The notes under the pieces were generated by a model. That model was not told the origin of the DNA and did not search any database. It saw only the letters and a list, made by a program, of their open reading frames with translations. Positions 9,465 through 18,757 of a DNA stretch of 20,000 nucleotides are shown in pieces. The stretch is taken from assembly GCA_026025075.1 (NCBI GenBank), contig JAPEUI010000040.1, positions 111,520 through 131,519 of the forward strand. Direction: 5' to 3'. Position 1 is the stretch's first letter. Each line of letters starts with the position of its first letter. The DNA is from Vezdaea acicularis. Lineage: Eukaryota. The translations under genes and the position numbers were made by a program.

Positions 9465-11771
9465 ATGGCTGACCGTCAGCCGCATCGATCCGATGAACCG
9501 ACCGTTGGTGATGTTGCTACACCCACGCGATCGTCCATTGCAGACGTTTTCGACGATGCTTTTGAGGTGCATCCGTCTGACCTGGCCGATGGAGAGGGTG
9601 GGACAAGGGGCATAGACGGGAATGGGATGGGGACTCGCAGGCTGGCTCCGGAACCCCCAGCACCCAGGCGATCTGGATCGATTACTACCGAGCGACCCTT
9701 CGACGAAAGGGAAGCATCCAAACAAATCAGTTCACGACTATCTTCAGACTCCTCTGACTTGAGGCACAACGGTTGGATGAACCGCCTGTCCATGGATGAC
9801 CATGTCCCGAAGGGTTCATCGGAAGAGTCTGCCCCGACTCCTCGTGCAAGGCAGCTGTTGCTCACCCATGGAAATGCTCCCGCTACATTCAATCCTTCTA
9901 CTATCAATACTTCTCAGCATAATGATCGCCGAGAGCAATTGAGTTCGAGCCGTATGTCCAACGATAACGCTGCGGTGCCATTCCGAACGCCGAGCATGAT
10001 TTCGACGTCTACCACAAATACTGCTCGTCGTTCTTTTCAATCTTCATCCACCTTCTCAATGCCGCCACGAGCACAAAGTCCGTACCAAGGTCCTTCGGGT
10101 GCCCAGCACCCTTATGGGATGTATGAACAGGGCACAAACCTAACACGTACACCAAGTAATGCAACATCATCAACAATAAGGGCACCAGCGAGGTCATACT
10201 CAGGTCCGCGCGGTCCAACACATCCCTATGCTTTATACCCCCAGAATACTACAGAACATATTGAACCAGACCCTGGCCTAAGCCTTGGAATTCCTGTTGG
10301 CTTTCCCGGACATCGCCAAGTCTATCACCGGCGGTTGGGCCCAGATGGAGAGGAGGCCGCTGATATCATCGGGCCGGACGGTCACACTGAGCAACTTCCG
10401 CCCTACACACGTTACCCAGAAAATGCGCAAAAAGGAGTTGCCGGGTTTGGTGCTGTTGTGGAACCAAGTTCTGTCAACGAATCAACTGTCGTGCCTTCTC
10501 GACTATCCACCAGGAGCTCGATGACGGAATCAGTCAGATCGCCACTCGAGGTTGAAGAGCCAAACCATCAGCCACTTCCGAGTGAGGAGAGCATAGGCAC
10601 AAAGGAGAAGTGGACCGAAAAGGGAAAGCGCAGGATATGTCGTGGCAAGGTACCCATCTGGGTAATCATCCTAATGATAGGAGTGCTCTGTCTTGGGATA
10701 CTACTCGGAATCATGCTAGGGGCGCTCCACGCTCGCCACGAAGCACGAGAAGCAGCTGCTACAGCTTCATCAGCAGCAGCAGCATCATCATCATCACAAA
10801 GGTAATTTCGTAATCTACCCATTCCATCCAAGAGTCTAACGTGATAAAGCTTGACCGCCACTGTCACTGTCACAACCAGTTATGACGCAGCACCACTTAC
10901 TTCTGCCCCGACCAATCTTCCTTCACCAACCGCAGGCAAATATTCCGTGAAATACAACATCATTGAAGATCAATCATCGGGCTGTCTCCCAGGACAACAA
11001 ACCCCTTCATGGTCGTGTAGCGTCTCAAATTTCTCCTACTTACAAATACTACCTCCTCCATCAGGCCAAACCTACCTCCCTTACTCAGCCAAACTCACGG
11101 CTCCCAACGGAACCTCGACACTCTACTATGGCGCTCAGCCTCCCTACATCTCCCAACCCCAGGTCTTGAGCATGGTCCTGGACGTCGATGACCAGAATAA
11201 GGGACCCGCACTATACTTCGAAGCTCCGTATGACAAAGTCGTCATCGTACCAGATGAAATGCTCTCTCACACTTCGAAGCGCGACGAGTCCGACATGGAA
11301 AAGAGACACCCACACTGGGGCACGATCGTGGCATCCAACATTCCTGCATCTCCTGCACAACCGGGCTCGAGGCCGTGGGTCTGCCACTGGAACGCCACCA
11401 TCATCGAGGGATTCATCTATCTAAACTCCACCGCCGCCGGGAACGGTATGTGGGGCACCGCCACGGCCTCTCTCTCCGCGGCCGCGTCTAGCGCTGCCTC
11501 CAGCTCCGTTCCCAGCGGCCACAAGGCAAAGCGCGATGGAGATACTACGAGCGGTACCTGCCCCAATACTGTCAAGATCGAAGAACGACGGAAGCCGAAC
11601 CCGGGCCCGGACGATCCCTCGCCCTACTGTGAGCAGTTCGAGGTCCTAGACGACGGCTCGCTGGGCTCTCTTGGCAACAGGATACAACTGCAGGCATCTT
11701 TGCCCACCTATCCCAAGATGCAGAAAAGGCAAGGCATGGATTGCCATTGCGAGTGGGTCATGTATTCGTGA
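9465..11771 (+). CDS. Uncharacterised fungal type II single-pass membrane protein (752 aa, 2 exons)
   Basis: First in-frame ATG at 9465 in strong context (caaacATGg). Exons 9465-10801 and 10850-11771, with a 48-nt intron gtaatt..ctaac..aag joining the two track ORFs in frame. Disordered S/P/R-rich N-terminus with GPDGHTEQLPPYTRY; basic KGKRRICRGK before TM VPIWVIILMIGVLCLGILLGIMLGAL; S/T/A stalk; C-terminal domain with 7 Cys (PWVCHWNATIIEGFIY, VKIEERR, PYCEQ, CHCEW). Confidence 0.85.
10767..10796 (+). repeat. Coding trinucleotide tract (TCA)2(GCA)4(TCA)4 encoding SSAAAASSSS
   Basis: tcatcagcagcagcagcatcatcatcatca at the end of exon 1, in the stalk just after the TM segment. Confidence 0.75.
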
Positions 11772-12134
11772 GCTCCTAGCATTATTGGTTGGTGTTTTGC
11801 ACGTGGATTTTGGAGCACTACGGTAGAGATGTTTGGGCTCGTATGAAGCATTTGCAAGGGGGTTAGCATGTTCAATTTAGGAGTCCGGTGCGGGATCGCT
11901 TGTCATTTGGTGCTTAATGGCGTTGGCTCAGCGTACACATACGGATAGTATTTACGAAAAAAAAGAAAGCCTCCTTACGAGGCATCTGTGTTTGAGCGAT
12001 ATACTCCAAGCCATAATACCGTACAAATAACCCATCTAATGCATGCTACTCGCGATTGAATCCCCAAACGCACCCCTTTCTCCCAAACTCCCTACAACCC
12101 ATCTCTCCCACTGCCATACCACCCTTCTAAGCAT

Positions 12135-13529
12135 TTACGGGCTCCTCGGCTGCACGGCCGGCAACTCTCTCCGCGGCAAACAGGCTCTGAGCGGGGGCGT
12201 GACGATGTTGTTGAAGAGGAAGGTGCCGTAGACGAGCAGGGCGAAGCCGACGACTTGCAGCCATTTGAAGGTCTCCCAGCCGAGTCCGAGCGAGACGATC
12301 CAGATGAAGAGGGTGCGGCAGGTGTCGATTGTGGAGCGGGAGGTGGCGGAGACGGTGCGCGTAACGGAAAGGCCGAAGAAGTTGAAGCCGCTGGGGGAGG
12401 GGAGAGGGGGTTAGTCTTGTGCCTATGGGGAGAAGGGGGGGGCTTGAGAGTGGGGCAGAAAGGGGGAGGGGGGAGGATAGAAAGGGGAAGGGAATCGGGG
12501 AACATACCCAATACTGATCATGATCAAGACGCTGCTCACGGCGATAGAGCGGTAATGGGTGATCTCCCTCCAGCCCTCCACGGCATCAAAGTATCCATAT
12601 TTCCCCGCCTCGGTCACTCCAACGGTGAAGTGCAGGATGGTCATGCCGAGCACCGTGACCACGAAGCCGAAGATGCCCTCCCACCCAACGACCTTCAGCG
12701 GCTGCAGAGCGTAGTGATTCAGTATCCATTCCTCCAGCACGAACTGTGTCGCGGTGAAGATTTGTGCTCCGGCAATGAGGAAGATGCCGATAATCGCCCG
12801 CACGGTCTCGGGTGTCCGGGCCTCCGCGAGGAGAGATGGTGTGGCTTTGTCGTCTTTGAACAGCGCGCCGGCCAGGCCCACAATCCCCACTCCCACTACG
12901 ACGAGAACTAGCGCACTCCACTGGTACAGATGCAGCCTTCGCTTCAGGAACACCACGCTGAACAGACCGACAAATAATACCAAGGCTCCCCGCGTCATCT
13001 GGTAAATACTGGCAGCCACGAAGAGCAGACCGACGTTCATCAATGTGGTGCCAGCAATATCGCAACAGGCGGGCAGACCGAGCAAGACAATGCGCCAGCC
13101 ATGTAGCTGCGCTCTACCGTCGGCGTCCTCTTCTGCAGCTAGGGCTTTGGCAATGGGGTTGTCGGCGTCACCATCCGCAGAGGTCAAGACGGGCTCGTAG
13201 CCAGAGTCGGAGATGGACGTTAGGTGCTGGCGCGAGCGGAGGCGCTCATAGAGCGTGGACAGGCCGACGACGAGCCAGCACCCCATCTCACCGATGAACA
13301 TCTGCGCCGTTTGAATCACGGGCTGCTCAAAGTGCTGCCGCTTCTTGGGGCTCGGCGACTCGCAGTTCCGCACGCATTGCATGTCCTATCCCTTGTGTGA
13401 GTCTATGGAGAAGAGTATGGAGAGCGGACCGCATACTTGGTATTTGGTGAGCAGCGTGTTGCAGACGCCTGTTACCAGCATCATGGCTACGAGGAAGGGG
13501 ATTATCGCCCTGGCTGGCATGATGGCCAT
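12135..13529 (-). CDS. SLC35F6-like drug/metabolite (DMT) superfamily, nucleotide-sugar-transporter-like membrane protein (408 aa, 3 exons)
   Basis: Exons 13529-13437, 13385-12508 and 12390-12135; introns of 51 nt (gtatgc..tag) and 117 nt (gtatgt..ctaac..cag). Multiple TM segments and motifs MMLVTGVCNTLLTKYQD, FEQPVIQTAQMFIGEMGC, LPACCDIAGTTLMNVGL, ASIYQMTRGA, TATQFVLEE, VVGWEGIFG and FNFFGLSVTRTVSATSRSTIDTCRTLFIW. Alternative in-frame start at 13520. Confidence 0.9.
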
Positions 13530-13962
13530 GGCGTCGTGACTCCGGAGAGCGCGGATGAGACGCTATCGGATGCTGGGCATTTAGTACGGAGGATCGAGGT
13601 TGAATATTAGACGGTGAGAGTTCAACAAGTGATGTGACAAAGAGAAAAGATATCCAGGCTGAGTCAGAAGCCGGGACAATAGAATGTGAAGTAGATGGGG
13701 TTCGAGTGGACTTTGCCGGCTTTGAGGATGGAGCTTATTGAGTTCCATGTTAGGCCATGTCGTGCTTAGCGCTCTTCTCTAGCGCAGTGGCATGCGTATG
13801 CTTTACCCCAAACTGATTCGCGTAAGTTATCGCCCATGCCAAGGGACGTCATAACAACTACCATGTACGAACCAGGACCATTACTAAGGTTCCCTCCGAG
13901 GGCCTGAATCTTCGAGTCCTTCCTGTCTTGGAATCTGGCGGCTTAGGTCACCAAAGATCGAG
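13530..13962. promoter_or_regulatory. Divergent promoter region between the transporter and seipin
   Basis: 433 bp between head-to-head ATGs; contains TGAGTCA (13660-13666). Confidence 0.5.
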
Positions 13963-15235
13963 ATGGCTGAAGAATTAGATGAGCTCTTGGTATGCTCTGT
14001 ACCAATAGACTACCAAATTTGTCTTGTTGACCGAGCTTAGGACCTTGCGCTTGTCCCGCTCCGCATTGCAGTCTCCAAACCCGCTCGGCGCACATATATA
14101 GGCACACTCCTTTTTCTAGCGACCAGTCTGCTTTTATATGGATTGGCGGCTGTAGCTTATGGACTTTTCTATTTCAACTACGTGCCCCAGATCAGTTTGG
14201 AGCGAGTGATCCATCTTCAATTCGGGTACCTTACATCAAGCCCGATCCTTGGTCAATAGCTAACAAGTTGATAGGGATGGACATCCCTGGGGCAACGCTA
14301 ATCTAGGGAAGAGTCTTATTACTCAACAGCCCTACGACATCTCTGTCCATCTTCTCTTGCCGCGCTCTCCTCCGAACCTTGCTGCCGGCAATTTCATGCT
14401 TGACCTCTTTCTACTACCCACGATATCATCCGGAAGAGCTACGCCCTTGACTAGGCAAGATGCTGTTGTATCTTCCAGAAGGCCTGCGATACTTGAATAT
14501 GCATCGCCCTTTATTCATAGGGTGAAGACTGCGGCGACCCTCCCTTGGCATATCTTCGGCTTCAAGTCTGAAACCGAGGCACTCGATATTATGATGATGG
14601 AGGATGTCCAATTCTCCAGAGGATGGAACAACATGCCAAAAACCGTCCAGCTACAACTCCAGGCGGATGAGAAGATGCAAGTTTACAAGGCTATTGTAAA
14701 ATTCCACGCCAAGTTCACTGGTTTGAGATGGATAATGTATAACCATCGCATCTTCTCCTTCTTGGCATTCACGACCGTTTTCTGGTTTACCGAGCTCCTC
14801 TTTACAGCAATTGCTGTCCTTTCGATCTCGATTTACACAACACCTTCCAAGCCTCCAATCAAAACCGATTCCGGAAGCGATTCAACAGCAATCAAGGCAG
14901 AGCCTGCTCAAGACGAGACTGCTTTCAATGATAATCTGCTCCCTTCTGATCTCTCAGATACTTCGCGCACATTCCCGACCTACTCCAGGCAACCGCCTCT
15001 ACGATATAATAAACCCGTCAGGGAGGAAGACAAAGATACTGCAAGACTTGCGGATTTCCAGCCATTTGTAGGTGAAGCTGATGATGAAGGAGAAGAAGAT
15101 GAAGAATATGATGATGGTATAGTCAACATAGGCGCTTCTATGAAGGGTGGCCGGACGGACTCGGGCATCGGTACAAGTATGGAAGAAAGCTCAGAGCGAG
15201 GAGGCATTCAACGAAGGCATAGTAGGGGTCCATGA
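13963..15235 (+). CDS. SEI1: Seipin (BSCL2/Sei1/Fld1 family lipid-droplet assembly protein), 390 aa, 3 exons
   Basis: Exons 13963-13989, 14041-14225 and 14275-15235; introns of 51 and 49 nt. TM1 (TLLFLATSLLLYGLAAVAYGLFYFNYVP); luminal domain with IHLQFG, QPYDISVHLLLPRSPPNLAAGNFMLDL and VYKAIVKFHAKFTGLRWIMYNHRI; TM2; acidic cytosolic tail. The very short exon 1 is less certain. Confidence 0.92.
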
Positions 15236-15743
15236 GTGCAGCGTTAAATAGTGTATCGCGATCTGATAGCTTGCGTAGTCTGGTGTGTGACTGTTCTTCA
15301 TTTAAGGCGGGTTATCAATTTGTGGCGCTCGGTTCTCTGATAGGGACCTGGATATGCTGGAAATACTCCAATGGGTGCAAGTACGGGAGCAAAATGGCTG
15401 CTGAAAGGATATTGGCGAATAAATTTTTCTCAAAGACCTTGACTTGATAAGATGGTTGGCAGTTAATCTAGAGTCAATCCTAACTGCTGAACTTTGTATC
15501 TTCAAACTTTACCCAGTTGGATGGTGCGTAGAGTTGGTCAAGCCCGCCAATGTCCCTCCGCAGATTCGGAGGTTTCCGAGAATCCTCATAGGTTCCCTCG
15601 CGTCAAAGCATCACTGGGCGCATATCAACGCCAAAGCAAGGAACCGGTCCAAACAATTTGAGAAGGACGATCACATCAGGTCTTGACGCGTCTCCCACCA
15701 TGCTTACGATTTGATTGCACTTGTCGCTCTACATTCCTCGGCA

Positions 15744-18700
15744 ATGACCTCGACCTCCCGTGACAGCGCATCAGATCAGCGCCCCGCCTATGTTGATAGC
15801 CGCAAGCCGCTGTTCGCTGCGCGCCAAAGAGCACAAAGACCTTTCAACGGTCAACCAAGCGGCTCGAGAGAAACCTCATTTAGCCCTCCTCTTCCCAGCG
15901 AAGGTAACGACAGGCTCTACCCTAGTAGACGCGTACATGGCGGTCCTCGAACCCTAACAGAAGCTTTCGCAGCTTCTGCCAACGATGAGGGGGTCTCACA
16001 CAGACGATCACCCTCTCCTATGACGGATAGATCGAATGGGAGATCTTATATTCCAAAGCCAGGACCACTTGATAGTTCAAGGAGAAACAGCCCGTCGCCC
16101 CCTAAAGCGAGCGGATCCCCTTCACGCTTGCCTGTTGCATCTACGCGTGGGAATGGCTCAGCAAAGTCGTACTCCCCTAATCCACCAAAGAGACTTCGCG
16201 AAACCTATGGTCGCGTTACGGAGGAGAATACAAGACCACAGCCGCCTGTGACTGTTTCGGTGGCCAGTGACGATGACGAGCAAACAGGTAATTTCATGAC
16301 CTATCACTATACATACGCAGATCGCAGTCGAGACAAAGATCACATCAGAGTTGGGAAACGCTCAGACTCGCCAGCCTCATTTACCCGGACACGAGGCAGC
16401 TCGCCGAGTCCAGAACTTGAGTCAGAAGGCAGTGAGACGGCAGACATGGATGAGGTAGGGCAAGATGACACAGCCGCCAGCAGATCAGGTTCTGAGATCT
16501 CGGGGTTGTCTATTTTGGAAGATGGAACGAGCGACTCGTTCAACCAAAGGCTAATCCGGCATGCGAGGGACCAAGAGCGCATCTTAGGGGCGCGGAAGAC
16601 TAGTGGCCTCTTCTCAAGAGCACGTACGGGAGATAGGGCTGGATCGGAGCCAGATAGCTTAGGGCGAAGGCGGGCGAGTGCTGGGGAACACGTAAGAGAG
16701 GGAAGCGTTTCAAGTCAGGCCTCAGACCCACCAATGAACATACCCAATACCTGGGGGAGCAAGGCCAGGATGCGAAAGCATTGGCTGAGTAATATCAACA
16801 ACAGCGACAGCCGAGAAGGTCCAGACGCGAACGGCGAGGAACTCCGTTCGAGAGGTCCTGATTGGGGCTCTGAAATGGCCGACGTACCGATACCCTCAGT
16901 TGAAGATGCTCTTCCGCCTGAAAAAAATCGCCCCATGTTGCCCCTTTCTCCACCTCGAAGTACAGCTATCGATCGGCTTCGGTCGTGGGAAGATGATGAG
17001 TTTACAGCACGGTCGCTACAAGTCTCTACCAGCCCTCCTATCAAAGCCAAGAGAAACAACGCTCTAGACGACGTTCGAACCCGAGAGATTGAGAGCCTGA
17101 AAAATCGTGCGGTGACCACTAATCGACTGGGTGAGATAACAAAGAGGGCATCCAGAGAGTCACTTAATAAAGAGGAGAAGGAAATGGAAGAAAGTGCTGA
17201 GGTAAATGTAGAAGCTATAAGAACTCCTCTCCGATCACATCGTTCTGGTTCTTTAAGACGGAGACTGCTCAAGGCTGAAAGCAGCGAGGCAGAAGCGATT
17301 TTACCTACCACCTACGAAGACGAAGGCGACGCCATACCAAACACGCCAATCGTTATCTTTCGCGGATCTCAAAACGGCCGTACACCCAAAATGGACGGAG
17401 ATCAGGAGAACCACGTTCCTAGTGAGCCGGAGTCCTTGCAGAGACCTAGGACCGAAAGGGCTGATTCCCAAGACCTATTACGCGAATTGGCCAGAGCTAC
17501 CTCCTCGAGCCTGGACGTGTCACCCAACGATCGCGATCTAAAGCCACCAGTGGGGACGGAGGATGCCAGTCCTGCTTCAGGTGGACTCCTTATCAAGGAT
17601 GGACCGTCCGACAAAGAAAATGAGACATTGGAACTCATCGCTAGTATTGACCAGGCGTATGTACCCGAAACGCCGGCTACAAAAGAAGAGACTTCAGATA
17701 GCAAGACGCCGGTACAGGATCCGCTCACTCAACCCACTCCAATGGTCACTGGAGGATGGATACCAACTCCAGCAGCCTTCTCCCGCAGAGACACTGCGGA
17801 GGGGGGGTTGTTCAACCTTGGCCTTCGTGACTTCATACTCGGTCCTAAATCTAGTCCTTCCAAGGAAAATGGCGGTCCTCCCTCCAAAGAGCCTTCAAAC
17901 ATAGAACAACCTCCCAAGACAATGATAAAAGCCGCTGCTACGAACGAGCAGAAAAGGAGGATTGGTCAAGATGACGACATCACGATCGATTCCATTCAAG
18001 AACTTCTCCTTGTCGATGCCTCTCTCACGTCCCTAGATGAAGACACCTCCATAATCAACATCCCTCTCCCTACCACAGATGCTAGCGGCCGCGCTCTTTC
18101 GGAACAGGAGCTCGAGCGCCTCCGCGAGGCCCGAGCATACGAGCAAATGGCCAAGCGTTTGAGAAAACTGCACACGGGCATTCACGACGCGAAGCGCGGC
18201 ATCGAGACGCTGGAGCAAAATGTCGAGCAACAGCCCGTCATCGTCAAAGTAGTCTACGTCGAGAAGCCGTGGTATTATGAAGGGCCTACCGGAGTCGTAC
18301 TGAAGAAGTTGTGGTGGGAGCGCCGCTTTACGAGACTTGGATGGATTGTGTTTACTGTGCTGTTCGTGTGGTGGCTAGAACGCGTTGCTTGGTAAGCCCA
18401 ACTCCCTCCCTCCCTCCCTGTTTCCATACGACCAGGAGCTCACCCGCAAACAGCTGGAACATCTGCCAATCAACCTACCAGCTCAGCTCCAGAAATCACG
18501 CCCGCGACGCCCCCATGCCAGGCTGGGCCATCCTCTATATTCTCCAGAAGGCCCTCCCATGGATCTTCAACCCCATCGTCTGGGTCCTCAAGAAGATCGC
18601 GCATCGGATGGATCTCTGGGTCGATGTCTTCCTGGACTTTCTCGATGTGGACTCGATGGCGCTGGATCCCGGCATGGGCAAGGGCCACGACGCCGCGCAT

Positions 18701-18757
18701 AAGCACATGTGGGATCTGTACCACATTCACTTGAGGAAGAGGAGGCGGGGGAGATAG
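15744..18757 (+). CDS. Uncharacterised ~983-aa protein: long disordered S/P/R-rich region, coiled coil and C-terminal membrane segment(s) (2 exons)
   Basis: First ATG of the 894-codon ORF is at 15744. Exon 15744-18391, then a 62-nt intron gtaagc..gctcac..cag (18392-18453), then exon 18454-18757 in frame with track ORF 18311..18757 (..WWLERVACWNICQSTY..DAPMPGWAILYIL..). Heptad-like LSEQELERLREARAYEQMAKRLRKLHTGIHDAKRGIETLEQNVEQ and TM RLGWIVFTVLFVWWLE. Confidence 0.8.
18403..18418 (+). repeat. (TCCC)4 intronic microsatellite
   Basis: tccctccctccctccc within the 62-nt intron of the large gene. Confidence 0.7.

Noticed and set aside
4828..10849. Two AAG 3' splice sites (4828-4830 and 10847-10849)
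   Set aside because: AAG acceptors are a known minority class in fungi, and both restore the expected frame.
12129..12180. Alternative frame at the transporter 3' end reading ..AAEEPVNA*, hinting at a possible frameshift
   Set aside because: The primary frame ends cleanly at TAA 12135-12137 after the last TM. Without an alignment there is no evidence for an error or recoding.
12255..12911. 218-aa + strand ORF and other antisense ORFs over the transporter, ERG13, the hydrolase and the large gene (e.g. 16715-17311)
   Set aside because: Shadow ORFs of GC-rich coding sequence with no recognisable motifs; some run through low-complexity introns.
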